This document shows positions 50,058 to 63,230 of a DNA stretch of 64,000 nucleotides, piece by piece. The notes below the pieces were generated by a model. It saw nothing but the letters and a program-made list of their open reading frames with translations. It searched no databases and was not told the origin of the DNA. The DNA lies in the NCBI RefSeq assembly GCF_030144855.1, contig NC_082718.1, positions 47,616,001 to 47,680,000 of the forward strand. The letters are read 5' to 3'. This DNA comes from Hypanus sabinus. Its lineage: Eukaryota. The translations under genes and the position numbers were made by a program. The stretch's first letter is position 1, and each line of letters begins with the position of its first letter.

Positions 50058-52015
50058 CAGTGCTTATAAAAAGCATTCACTGCCCTTGGAAGTTTTCATG
50101 ATTATTGTTTTACAACATTGAATCACAGTGGATTTAATTTGGCTTTTTTGGCACTCGTCCACAGAAAAGACTCATTCGCGTCAAGACGAAAACAAATTTC
50201 TACAAATGGTCTAAGTTTATTACAATTATTAACCACAAAATAATTGATTGATTAATTACTCCCTTCGTCAGTATTTAGTAGGAGCACCTTTGGCAGCAAT
50301 TACAGCCTTGAGTCTGTGTGGATAGTCTCTATCAGCTTTGCACATCTGGACAATGAAATTTTTCCCCATTTTTTACAAAACTGCTCAAGCTCTATCAGAT
50401 TGCACGGGGATTGTGAGTGAACAGCCCTTTTCAAGTCCAGCCACAAATTTCACTCTGACTTGGCCACTCCAGGACATTAACTTTGTTATTTTAAGCCATT
50501 CCTTTGTAGCTTTGGCTTTATGGGGCCATTGTCTTGTTTGGAAAACAAATCTTCTCCCAAGCCACAATTCTCTTGCAGACTGCATCAGGTTTTCCTTCAA
50601 GATTTCCTGTATTTTGCTGCATTTATTTTAGACTTTACCTTCACAAGCTTTCCAGGGCTTGTTGCAGTGAAGCATCCCCACAGCATGATGCAGTCACCAC
50701 CATGCTTCATGATAGGGATGGTAGTTTTTGATGATGTGTGGTGTTTAGCTTATGCCAAACACAACATTTACTCTGATGGCCAAAAAGCTCAATTCAGCTT
50801 TCATCAGACCATCAAACCTTCTTCCATCTGACTTCAGAGTGTCCCACATGCCTTCTTGCAAACTCTAGCTGAGATTTCATGTGAGTTTTGTTCGACAGTG
50901 GCTTCCCTTTGCCACTCTTCCATAAAGCTGCGACTGGTGAAGTACCCGGGCAACAGTTGTTGTATGTGCAGTCTCTCTCATTTCAGCTACTGAAGCTTGT
51001 CACTCCTCCAGAGTTGTCAGAGTTCTCTTGGTGGCCTCCCTCACTAGTTCCCTTCTTCCACCGTCACTCAGTTTTTCAGGATGACCTGCTCAAGGCAGAT
51101 TCACAGCTGTGCCATATTCATTCAATTTTTTGATGATTGACTTAATCAGAATCAAGTTTATTATCATTGGCATGTGTGATGAAATTTGTTAACAGCAGCA
51201 GTTCAGTGCAAAACATAACACAGAAGAAGGAAAAAATAGTAATAAATAAATAAGTAAATTAATTACAATGTGTGCCTTCAGGCTTCTATACCTCCCACCT
51301 GATGGTGACAGTGAGAAAAGGGCATGTCCTGGGTGCTGGAGGTCCTTAATAATGGACACTGCTCCTTGAAGATGTCCTGGGTACTTTGAAGGCAAGATGG
51401 AGCGAACTAAATTTATAATCCTCTGCGGCTTCTTCCAGTCCTCCACAGTAACCCTCCCACACCCTCCCCCCCACCCCCCTGCCATTCCAGACAGTGATAC
51501 AGCCTGTTCCACGGTAGACCTATAGAACTGTACTCCAAGGGGTATTCAGTGACTTGGTAATTTTCTTGTACCCTTCTCCGACTTGTGTTTTTCAATAACC
51601 TTTTGATAGAGTTGCTTGGACTGCTCTTTAGTCTTCATGGCGTGTGTTTTGCCAGGACACTGACTCACCAGCAGTTGGACCTTCCACTACAGTCGGTTGA
51701 AACACCTTGTCTGCACACAGTGATCTCCATTTAACTCATTATGCAACTTCTAAAACCAATCGGCTGCACCAGTGTCATTGGTGTGTCATATTAAAGGGGG
51801 AGAATACTTATGCAATTAATTATGTTCTGTTTTATATTAGTAGTAAATTTAGATCATTTTGTAGAAATCTGTTTTCAATTTGACCCGAAAGAGTCTTTTT
51901 CGGTTGTTCAGTGTAACAAAAAGCCTAATTAAGTCCACTGTAATTGAATGTTATAAAACAATAAAACACAAAAACTTCTTAGTGGGGGGGGGGTGGATAC
52001 TTTTTATAGGCTCTG
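50058..52015 (-). mobile_element. Defective Tc1 transposon inserted in a CR1 remnant (49760-52310), with a Rex1/Babar-type 3' end inserted at ~51146-51520
   Basis: TA-CAGTGCTTATAAAAAGCATTCAC / GGATACTTTTTATAGGCTCTG TIRs. Minus ORF LGRRFVFQ..HKAKATKEWL and a GGDCIMLWGCF motif. The insert reads HPGHALFSLSPSGGRYRSLK. Confidence 0.9.
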
Positions 52016-52644
52016 CAAAATCTATCTTTTTTTTATTGCTTGCCTAGTGGTTCTTTGTTGCTTTTTAAAGTTTTCCTAATTTTCCAAATTTACCACTATT
52101 CTAGGTGACTGTATGCATGAGCATTTAGTTTGATGCCTTCTTTTATTCCCTTAGTTATCCAAGGCCGGCTGTCCTCTCCCTTTACTGTTCTTGCTTTTAA
52201 CTGGAAAATACTTATGTTGCACCATGAAAAATCTCTTCCACTGTTCCTCAACTGTCCCACACTGTGTACCCAGTTTACATTAGCCAGCTCCTCTGTCATC
52301 CCTTCCATCACTTCTGTATTTTGTAAACATTAAAATCCAGAGTATCTGTTTAGGAGAAGATAACATCCAGCTCATACACTGTCCAATGCCCACAGTTAAA
52401 TATTTTCAGTGAGAGGGTAGTAACATTTGTTTTTTGAAACTTATTCAGCAATTAGTACTGTCTTACAGGCTTCATTTAAATTCCTTTGGCCATCCTCAAT
52501 CTTTCCAGGTACAATGCTACAAAAAAAAGTCACAGGTTTCAAATACTAGGGCAATGGATGGTGCAAATGATGGGGGAGCTATCTCACAGCTCCAGTGATC
52601 TTTCAAACCTGAACTTGATTGCTCTCTGCTCCGAGTTTTCACAT

Positions 52645-53685
52645 TCTCTATGTAGAAACATAGACAACCTACAGCACAATACAGGCCCTTCGGCCCACAA
52701 TGCTGCGCCAAACATTCCTTACCTCAGAAATTACCTAGGGTTACCCATAGCCCTCTATTTTTCTAAGCTCCATGTACCTATCCAGGAGTCTCTTAAAAGA
52801 CCCTATTGTTTCCACCTCCACCACCGTCACTATCAGCCCACTCCACGCACTCAACACTCTCTGCATAAAAACTTACCCGACATCTCCTCTGTACCTACTT
52901 TCAAGTGCCTTAAAATTGTGCCCTCTCATGCTAACCATTTCAATCCAGGAAAAAGCCCCTGACTATCCACACGATCAATGTCTCTCATCATCTTATGCAC
53001 CTCTATCAGGTCACCTCTCATTCTCTGTCACTCCAAGGAGAAAAATAGGTTCACTCAACCTATTCTCATAAGGCATGCTCTCCAATCCAGGCAAGATCCT
53101 GTAAATCTCCTCTGCACCGTTGCTATGGTTTCCACATCCTTCCTATAGTGAGGCGACCAGAAAGGAGCACAGTACTCCAGGTGGGGTCTGACCAGGTCCT
53201 ATATTGCTGCAACATTACCTCTTGGCTTCTAAACTCAATCTCACGGTTGATGAAGGCCAGTGCACTGTATGGCTTCTTAACCACAGAGTCAACCTGTGCA
53301 GCAGCTGTGAGTGTCCTATGGACTCAGACCCCAAGTTCCCTCTGATCCTCCATACTGCCAAAAGTCTTATCATTAATACTATATACTGCCATCATATTTG
53401 TCCTACCAAAATGAACCACCTCACACTTACCTGGGTTGAACTCCATCTGCCACTTCTCAGCCCAGTTTTGCATCCTATCAATGTCCCACTGTAACCTTTG
53501 ACAGCCCTCCACACTATCCAGAACACCCCCAACCTTTGTGTCATCATCAAATTTACTAACCCATCCCTCCACTTCCTCATCCAGGTCATTTATAAAAATC
53601 ACAAAGAGTGGGGGTCCCAGAACAGATTCCTGAGGCACTCCACTGGTCACTGACTTCAATGCAGAATATGACCTGTCTACAACCC
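52645..53685 (-). mobile_element. CR1 RT-to-3' end fragment (second 3' end of the same family at 54400-54730)
   Basis: SGVPQESVLGPPLFVIFINDL..FDDDTK..WQMEFNPGKCEV. Confidence 0.92.
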
Positions 53686-54759
53686 ATAGACCTATGTGTT
53701 TTTTTCAGATGCTCCAGTTTCATTGCACATCTCTAAGACATGTGAGTTGGTAAGTTAATTTGCCACTACAAATTGTGCCTAGCATGTTTTTGAATGCATT
53801 GTTTGTGGTAGAATCTCTGGAGAATTAATGGGAATGTAGACATAACAAAATGGAATTAGTGTAAATAGTTGCTTCATGACTAGTGAAAAATAGATGGGCT
53901 GAAAGGCCTGTTACCATGCCCGAAGTGACTAGCTGGTGGTCACGTCTTCCAGCAGAGATCCTGCATTTAGTGGAAGAAGAGTGTGTTCTTTGCAGGGAGG
54001 TTTAAGATATAAACAGGGGTCTAATGTAAATTAGGTGGGAGATAAGGAGACATTTTCTATGATCCACAGTTCCCATCTCGGAAGCTTAGAAACAGAATGA
54101 GTTACAAAAGGAAACTGGCAATGTAAAGAAGTTTGGGCTACAATGAAAGAACAAACTGTACGGCTTTTTCGGTGAACCAATACGAACGTGATGATCTTTG
54201 CAGCCTCTTTCAATAGTGGAGACACAAGAAGGACAGCAGATGGTGGAACAGAGCAACGCACTAAAAAAGCTGGAGGAAGGGTTTTGACCCAAAACATTGA
54301 CTGTTCATTTCACTCCATAGATGCTGCTGTGACCTGCTGAGTTCCTCCAGCAATTTTTATATATTGCTCTGTCTGTGATGTCTGTTTTTACATTATCTAT
54401 TAGAACATTGAACATAGAAAATCTACAGCACATTATAGGCCCTTCGGCCCACGATGTTGTGTCGACCATGTAACCAACTCTAGAAGCTGCCTAGAATTTT
54501 CCTCCAGCATAGCCCTCTATTTTTCTAAGCTCCATGTGCCTACCTAAGAGTCTCATAAAAGGCCCTATTGTATCCACTTCCACCACCTTTGCTGGCAGAG
54601 CATTCCACTCTCTGTGTGAAAAACTTACCTCTGGCATCCCCTTTGTGCTGGCTTCCAAGCACCTTAAAGCTATGCTCCTTCGTGTCAGCCATTTCAGCCC
54701 TGGGAAAAAAGCCTCTGACTATCTACACGATCTAACTATCCCTTTCCTTGCTGAGCAAG

Positions 54760-55290
54760 CATATTATTACTCCTGCAGACCACTGCATTCCGTCCACACG
54801 GGTGACCCTGGACACCTAGTTGCCTGCCACTTGAACTCACACTCATACTTCTCTCTATAACCTCCTGCACTATTACAATAAGACTCAATACAAGCTTGAG
54901 GAACAAAACCTTATCTTATGCTAGGTAGGTTGCTGCCTTCAAGACTCAATAGCAAATTTTCTAACTTTAGTTAGCTCCCAGGTTGGTTGTCTGTCCCAGA
55001 ACCGCCCATTTCTGCCTGTCATTCATTAGGCTCAGCATTTCTTTGTCTGTTTATACAGGCTGGCTTGCTGAGTGACTGGCTGCTATTAGATGCCATTTGC
55101 AACATATTCCACAGAGAGGTTTAATGTGCTGATTGCTGCTCTCAGTAAATCACTTGCACCCACTCCATCAGAAGTATTCCCTTTGTCCTACAAATCCCTC
55201 CCTATCTTATCTGCTACTGAAAAGCAGCTTGTTTTGTTTTCATTCCCACTTCTGGTGAAGGACCTCAGACCCAAAACATTAAACTTTTCA
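54760..55290 (+). mobile_element. Old Penelope-like 3' fragment with degenerate hammerhead (55253-55280)
   Basis: AAGCTTGAGGAACAAAACCTTATCTTA (KLEEQNLI, end of GIY-YIG domain) and CTGGTGAAGGACCTCAGACCCAAAACATT. Confidence 0.65.
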
Positions 55291-55717
55291 AGCAACACAC
55301 ACAAAATGCTGGTGGAACGCAGCAGGCCAGGCAGCATCTATAGGGAGAAGCGTTGTTGACGTTTCAGGCCGAGACCCTTCGTCAGGGCTAATTGGAAGGA
55401 AAGATAGTAAGAGATTTGAAAGTAGGAGGGAGAGGGGAAATGCAAAATGATAGGAGAAGACTGGAGCGGGTGGGGTGGAGCTGACAGCCAGAAAGGTGAT
55501 TGGCAAAAGGGATACAGAGCTGGAGAAGGGAAAGGAGCATGGGACGGGAGGCCTAGGGAGAAAGAAAGGGGGAGGGGAGCATCAGAGGAAGATGGAGAAC
55601 AGGCAGAGTGATGGGCAGAAAGAGAGAAAAAAAGGAGGGGGGAAGAAAAGCTAAATACATCAGGGATGGGGTAAGAAGTGGAGGAGGGGCATTAACGGAA
55701 GCTAGAGAAGTCAATGT
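55291..55717 (-). mobile_element. Penelope pLTR-type insertion with hammerhead core and 12-bp TSD
   Basis: TSD TTAAACTTTTCA at 55279-90 and 55718-29. Minus strand 55356-55388 reads CTGACGA-A-GGGTCTCGGCCT-GAAAC-GTC. Confidence 0.85.
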
Positions 55718-55942
55718 TTAAACTTTTCACCCTTTACAGATGTTTGGATTTCAGATTTTAACTATGTTTTAATTTTCTTAAACTATATTATAGTTTAGCT
55801 AACAAATTTACAGAATCCTGGAGGGATCTTTCCTTTCTGAACTATAAATTCAAATTAGTTCAAAGGATCCAGTAGAAATTTATTCTCAGAATCTCGGGAG
55901 CTTCCTGCATCAGAGCATTGGAAGCACTTTCAGAGGAGGTAG

Positions 55943-57186
55943 CAACACACACACACACACCACCACCACCGCCCCCCCCAGCTATGGGAAAGAGTAAAGA
56001 GTTTTGGGCCTAGACCCTTCATCAGGACTGGGGGGGGGGGGGGGGGGTAGGGATGGAAGAAGTACAAAGTGGCCGGTGATAGGTGAAACCGGGAGAGGGG
56101 GTGTGGGGGGGGGGGGTTAAGTAAAGAGCTGGGAAGTTGATTGATGAAAGAGATAAAGGGCTGGAGTAAAGGGAACTTGACGGGAGAGGACAGGAGGAAG
56201 AAAGGGCAGGGGGACGAGCACCAGAGGCAGGGGATGGGCAGGTAAGGAGATAAAGCGAGAGAGGAAAACAGGAGTAGGGAATGGTGAAGGAGTGAAAGGG
56301 AGGGGGTGGCAATGACCAGAAATGAGAGAAATCGATGTTCATGCCATCAGGTTGGAGGCTACCCAGACAGAATATAAGGCATTGCTCCTCCAACCTGAGT
56401 GTGGTCTCATTTTGGCAGTACTGATCTCCCTCCTGGTACTTATCCATGCAAGTGGAACAAGTGCCATACCTGCCCCTGAGCCTCCTCCCTTATTACCATT
56501 CAGGGCCCCAAATAGTCCTTTCAGGTGAGGCGATGCTGGAAGATTGGGAGACTGCTTCACTGAGCAGCTTCGCACCATCGGTCACAAAAAGCAAGGACCA
56601 CCCATTTCAATTCTACTTCCCATTCCAACATGACAGTCCATGGTCTCCTCTGCTGCCACGATGAGGCCACACTCAGGTTGGAGGAGCAATACTTTATATT
56701 CTGTCTGGCTAGCCTCCAACCTGATGGCATGAACATGGCTTTCTCTAACTTCTGGTAATTGTCCTCCCCCTTCACTCCTTCACCACTCCCTGTTCCTGTT
56801 TCCCTCTCTCACCATATCTGTTTACCTACCTGTGACCTCCCTCTGATGCTCCTTCCCTTTCCCTTTCTTCCACAGCCCTCTGTCCTCTCCTATGAGATTG
56901 CCCCTTCTCTATCCCTGTATCTCTTTCACCAATCAACTTCCAGCTTTTTGTTTCACCCCTCCCCCTCTCCTGGTTTCACCTATCACCTACCACCTTGTAC
57001 TTCTTCCTCTCTTCCTTCCATGTCCTTACTTTTTCCCCCTTTTTCCAGTCCTGATGAAGGGTCGGAGCATAAAACATTGACTGTTCACTCTTTTCCCTAG
57101 ATGCTGCCTGGCCTGCTGAGTTTCTCCACCATTTTGTGAGTGTTGCTTTGGATTTCCAGCATCTGGAGATGTTCTTATGTTTCTAA
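55943..57186. mobile_element. Penelope element 3' part with inverted 5' pLTR
   Basis: Minus arm to ~56418 (RLEEQCLIFCLGSLQPDGMNIDFS) and plus arm 56420-57186 with GIY-YIG C-terminus and tail. TSD AGAGGAGGTAG (55932-42) / AGATGAGGTAG (57187-97). Both hammerhead cores are mutated. Confidence 0.88.
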
Positions 57187-57782
57187 AGATGAGGTAGATA
57201 AATTTTTGAAAGATTGGGGAATTGAGTTCTGTGAAACTGACACAAGACCAGCAATAGATCAGCCTTGATGATATGGAATGCCAGGGCAGGTTTAAAGGAC
57301 CAGGTGACCTAATACTTGTATTCTTTCTTATGTAATGTTTAGAAGAGCACAATGATCTCAAATCTCCAGGTGGTCCAAAGCATTTTTATCCTCTCTGAGC
57401 TAAAGACAGAAAACAGAGACTGTTGCACAGCAAGAATGTTCTCAGCCTGGCAGCATAAGAGGAGCAAATAGATCAGACAAAAGAATGCTCAATAACCACT
57501 GAAATGATACATGGTTTGAGGAAAATGTCATCTGTACTAGTTCTCAATGTATTGCATCAGACCATACACTGAACAAAGAAAAGATGGTTGACATTGAAAG
57601 GGTCTCAGCTTCAAAACATTAACTGTTCCTTTCCTCCATATATGTTGGCTGAGCAGCCGATTTCCTCCAAAATGTTCTGAATCAGGTTGCAATAGGCTTC
57701 CTTGCCCTGAGGGGAAGAAATAGTGTATTCCTTCTTTGAAGGATGTATAAGCAAATTTGTATTCTCAATCATTATCACACAA

Positions 57783-58728
57783 TACATTCAGTGTCCACTT
57801 TATTAGGTACCTCTTGTACCAAATAAAGTGATCACCAAGTGCATGTTCATTGTCTTCTGTTGTTGTGACCCATTGATGCATTGTGTTTCAGAGATGCTCT
57901 TCTGCAGGCCACTATTGCAAGGCATGCACTGGATTTTTTTTTGTTGTTTTTCACACCATTCTTTGTAAACCCTCGAGACTGTTGTGCTGGAAAAATCCCA
58001 GATGATCAGCAATACCTCAGATACTCAAACAAGCCTGACTGGCACCAACAATTATTTCATGTCCAAGGCCATTTCTTCCCCATTCTGATGTTTGGTCTGA
58101 ACAACAAGGGAACCTCTTGACCACGTCTGAATGTCTTTATGCATTGAGTTGCTGATTAGATATTTGAATTAAGTCAAGTCAAGTCAAGTCAACTTTTATT
58201 GGCATTTTGACCATAACTGCTGGTACAGTGCATAATAAAAATGAGACAACATTTTTCAGGACCATGGTGTTACATGACACAGTACAAACAACTAGACTGA
58301 ACTGTGTAATAAAAAAAAACAACACAGAGAAAGATACACTAGACTAAAGACCTACACTGGACTGCATAAAGTACACAAAAACAGTGCAGGCATTACAATA
58401 AATAATAAACAGGACAGTAGGGCAAGGTGTCAGTCCAGGCTTCGGGTATTGAGGAGTCTGGTAGCTTGGGGGAAGAAACTGTTACATAGTCTGGTCGTGA
58501 GAGCCCGAATGCTTTGGAGCCTTTTCCCAGACGGCAGGAGGGAGAAGAGATTGTATGAGGGGTGCATGGGGTCCTTCATAATGCTGTTTCCTTTGCGGAT
58601 GCAGCGTGTAGTGTAAATATCCGTGATGGCAGGAAGAGAGACCCCGATTATCTTCTCAGCTGACCTCACTATCTGCTGGTACAGGAGCAGGTGTACAGGT
58701 GTTCCTAATAACGTGGCCAGAGGGTATA
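57783..58728. mobile_element. Tc1-derived MITE interrupted by a Rex1/Babar 3' end (58171-58678, minus)
   Basis: TA-CATTCAGTGTCCACTTTATTAGGTAC / GTTCCTAATAACGTGGCCAGAGGG-TA ends. The insert encodes HPSYNLFSLLPSGKRLQSIRALTTRLCNSFFPQATRLLN and has a (GACTT)n tail. Confidence 0.85.
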
Positions 58729-59154
58729 TTTCCAATACTAGATAAAATTTACTTTTGCCTTCCAGATAATGAAAAACGCTGGCTGCAAGCAATGTAGCCC
58801 CAGGATATTTTGGGGAGCAAATTTCAAGATTAAAAGGTGGAAGGATATGAATTTCCAGAACCATCAAAAGCAGGCTTCAACCAATAAGCTTACAAGTAGC
58901 ATCTTTGAGATTTAGCCTCTGAAGAGATCTCTTTTTTTTTTCTGTGCAGCAGCACTAATAGAATGGAACTGGCAGTTCAAGAGGAATTGGAGCAGTATTT
59001 GCAGGTCCTAGGAAACTGCCAGATTAAGGAGGAGAACATTGTGCTGAATATAGAAAACACAGTTCAATCCCCAGGTAGGACTTTACTAAATTAAAACTTG
59101 CTCTTTGCTTTGTATTATATGCAAAAAACATTCTTTAGTGCATCCTTTATAACT

Positions 59155-59705
59155 TATGGTGACATTGATGAGGCCTAACTTGGAGCATTTTGGGGCAGGT
59201 TCAGTCACTTACCTACAGGAAAGATGTAAATAAGGTACAAAGAAAATGTACAAGGATGCTGCCGGGTCTGGAGGACCTGAACTATAAGAAAAGACTGAAT
59301 AGGTTCAGAGTTTGTTCCTTGGAGTGTAGCAGATTGAGAAGAAATTTGATAGAGGTATACAGAATTATGAGGCGTACAGATAGGGTAAATGCAAGCAGGC
59401 TTTTTCTACTGAGGTTGGGTAGGACTACAGCCAGAGGTCACGATTTAAGGATGAAACGTGAAAAGTTTAAGGGGAACATCTTCATTCAGAGGGTCGTGAG
59501 AGTGTGGAACAAGCTGCCAGCATAAGTGGTGCATGCGAGCTCGATTTCGACCTTAAGAGAAGTTTGGATAAGAACATGGATGGTAGGGGTATGGAGGGCT
59601 ATGGTCCCAATGCAGGTCGATGGGAGTAGGCAGATTAAATGGCTTACCATTGACTAGATGTGCCAAGGGGTCTGTTTCTGTGCTGTACTTTTCCAATACT
59701 CTATG
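59155..59705 (+). mobile_element. CR1 3' fragment
   Basis: ORF 59190-59525: TRMLPGLEDLNY..IQRVVRVWNKLP. Confidence 0.9.
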
Positions 59706-60039
59706 TAGATTATGCAGTTATATATGATTATATTGTTATATATGTCTCCTATATAAGCGGTCGTAGACAAGGTTTACAAATATTGTATCCAACTTACTGA
59801 ACGACATATACTGCCATATACTCACCTATTAATATCAAAGATACAATGTTGACTTGACATCCACATTTAACCATAGAAACACTAAAGCCCCATTTAAACA
59901 AAATACTGAATTATTAATTAAACTAATCAATCTCATGGATGAAACCCTATGCCAAACAGAATGAAACCCCCACTATGAGTTACGCCACTGAGCACCAGCT
60001 CTCAGGTGCTGTGGAGTTTGCCTGTTGTCCATCGTGAAT

Positions 60040-60280
60040 GAATGTGCTTCACCCAAATCCTCCAGTTTCCTTCCGCATCGCAGAGATGAATCAGTTGGTA
60101 GGTTAATTGGCCATAGCAAATCATGCTTAGTGTAGCTGGGTTGTCAGAGAACAAGAAACAAGTTGATGGGCACATGAAACAGAATGTGTCACAGGAGAGT
60201 ATGTGAGGGAATGGCGTGATGGGATTACCCTGAGAGCCAGCATACACTTGCTGGGTTGTACGGCCTCTTTCACACTGTAA
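60040..60280 (+). mobile_element. Degenerate V-SINE
   Basis: CTCCAGTTTCCTTCCGCATC..GGTAGGTTAATTGG V-domain remnant. Confidence 0.6.
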
Positions 60281-61878
60281 GGAAATATGAGAAATTGGTA
60301 TAGAACCTAGGGAAATGTTCTATTATGTATATTTAATAATGTATTAGAAAGGAGATGTACTACCAGAGCAGATAACAAAATTTGCACTCATGTATTCATT
60401 CAGGGGGGGAAATCAAACATTTGTAACATTGGATGAGTCGCTTTAATATTATGACACAAATGTAATGGAACTGAATGGGCTAAGTGGCATAATTCTGCTC
60501 CTATGTCTTCTGGAAATACTACTGCAGAAAAGAACAGATTAAAAAAGTAAGTAAAATCATGATTCTCAGCATGTTAGTCAAAAAGGTTACAGAACTTAAT
60601 CAAATTCTGTATTCTTTAAAGAGGTCACAGACACTGTGGACAAGGTTAATGTGGTGGATCTCGATGTTGTATTGTACAACAGACTAATTAATAACATTTA
60701 TCGATGTGGAGTTCACGAATAAGCAGAATAAATGGGTTAAAAACAGAATTTACCGATAACACCCAGTTGGTCAGTCAGCATCTGTGGCAAGAGGAACAGA
60801 ATTAACATTTCAGTCAAAAATTCTTCCTCAGAACGCTATGATCTGATTCTTTTTAGTTCTATTTCTTTCTACATATCAGATTTCCAACACCTGCAGGTTT
60901 TGTTTAATTTTCAGCCTGACTGGATAAATGACAGGACATTTGAAACTGACAGGACAGATTTTAGAACTAATTGGTAGCGATTCAGGGTGGCAAAGGTGAA
61001 TGGCATCCCACGTGTAGTAGTGCTGGAACCACAATTTCCAAAATCAGCAAGTAACTGGAAACCAACAGTATATAATTCCTACCAAAAAATAATGTGCTAT
61101 TTCTGAAGAATCTTCTCTGTCCAGAGCATGTTGAGAATATGGGCATCCATTCCACAGCAAGAAGCTGAGCTAATTGGTATTGATGCCTTTCAAAGAAACT
61201 GTATATGAGCAGTCAAGTGCGGAATGGCAGTAGGGTCGGGTGAAGGAGAGTGGGAGAGGAATTGGAGAGTCTTAATATTGCCTTGGACATCTGTACATTT
61301 TATATCTGTGATCTACTGTATATTGTAAGTAACTCCTAGTAGGATCTCTCAAGCACTCAGGGTGTGTCACATATCTCTTGATGAATTATATTAGATGGCG
61401 ACACACTCCTTATGAATTATATATGGATTGCCGTATACAGCTCATTGAATTTGACAGGAAATGCTGCCTAATCTTACCAAATGAACAGGGCAGGCAGTGT
61501 GTCATTCTTTGTATCGTTCAGGGTGTGCTTCTTAACCTTTAATGAAGTTTAGAGGACTTCCTGCTGAGCGCACCTTCATCCATCACTTGGCACACTGAAA
61601 TTCAAAGTATAGAGCGTGCAATTGTTGTTGATTTACAAGCTCTACTGATGGTATTGACAACATACTAATTTGGGCAGCAAAATGATTGTTATATTTTAAT
61701 TTTACATATGCAAATTCACTTTTCATTGTTATTGAAAAGCTGCTTAGCAGGAGCTGGGTTGCACTGTTGTCCAGATGAGGAGCTAGAAAGAGAAATATAT
61801 TCTCATGCTTTGAAGAATTTCTAGTGTGTTCAGTGCTTCAGATTAAACAAAAAAATTCTACTAGGTACAATTAAAACT

Positions 61879-62344
61879 AATTCTATTTATTATGTCATTG
61901 CTGCAAAACTGTAGGCAATACAGAAAAATTAGGATAGTAGGATTTTTATTGTGAATCAGTTTACACCAAGCCAATTTCACTGTGGTACCCTCTGTATTTC
62001 AGAGATTTATGCAGAGAGCTCCAGAATAAATTAGATGATCATTAAATTTGTAAAAATTTATGTACCTGCATATTCGGATTCTATCTAATGAGTTTAGTGA
62101 TTACAATTATTGTACACTTCAGTATTCTGACAGATAATTGGCTACAGAGTTAGTAAGACACCTAAATTGCAAAAATATATTGCCAAAAACAAAATAAATA
62201 TTTTATGTTTGTAAAAATTAGAACAGATAGGCAAAATAATGAAAATTCAATATACAGGTTCTCCCCAGGTTTCAGCAGTATTCCATTCCTGTGAACTTTC
62301 TGTATCCTGAACAGTTTTGCAGCAATGACATAATAAATAGAATT
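61879..62344. repeat. Perfect 34-bp inverted repeat flanking a 398-bp AT-rich spacer
   Basis: AATTCTATTTATTATGTCATTGCTGCAAAACTGT at 61879-61912 and its exact reverse complement at 62311-62344. Confidence 0.95.
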
Positions 62345-63074
62345 GCAGCCACGAACCAGGTTCCCAGGTGGGAGAAGATGCACACAATCCTGCACTAGCC
62401 AACAAATCCAGACCACCAGTCTCCCAAAAGCTCATTGGTATTGTATGTGTGCGTAACTCAGGTGGGTAGGAGCTGTTTTTAAATTTGGGTTTAAAACAAA
62501 GTATTTGCAAAATTAAATCTGGACAATTATTTAGAACCACAGAAAATAATTCTTTCTCTACATAGTTAGTGTTGCATCATCTTTTTATGGAGTAAAAGTA
62601 GAAACTGAAAATTAGACAGCATCAGTGAAAATAAAAAGCAGAGGAGGATCCCTTATATAACAGGCCATTCTGTAATTGATACAACATTCCTACCAAGTTG
62701 CTAGAATTATAAGCATGGACAGATTCAAGGGAAAAAAAACTTCTTTCCCATGTACCTATCTTTAGACAAGTAGTGGGTGAATAACTGGTTGGTAAGGAAT
62801 TCCTATCCAGCTTTATTTTGAAAATCTATGCCATATTTCCAGCCACGGATGGGAATTATTTATCTTTTTTTTTAACTCTACAGCAACAAAGTCTACAATG
62901 TTTAACTCTGCTCATTAAGAAGAAACTCAAGATAAACAAAATTATTGTCATTTGCAAAATGTTTTAATGCTTTGAGTTCAGATTAGCAATAAGATTGCAA
63001 TGTGCCCTTTTTAAGGGAATATTCAAGTTAGATAAATTCAAGCAATTCTATAAGATGGATTTGAAGAGTGAAGA

Positions 63075-63230
63075 GAAACTGCATATGCTAGAAATCTGGA
63101 ATAAAAACGAAGTGTCTGGAATACTCAGAAAAACAGGCAGCATCAGTGGAGCAAGAAATAAATTGCATTTCAGGTCAATGATCTATCTCCACAGGTTTAG
63201 GTCATTGACCTGAAGTATTTCTCTCACTGT
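63075..63230. repeat. Degenerate Penelope-tail-derived hairpin (similar remnants at ~22460, ~38830 and ~60740)
   Basis: ATGCTAGAAATCTG..ACTCAG..AGGCAGCATC followed by the inverted pair TTCAGGTCAATGA / TCATTGACCTGAA. Confidence 0.55.

Noticed and set aside
61388-61404. CTCF site (TAGATGGCGAC)
   Set aside because: Only the 3' half of the motif matches.
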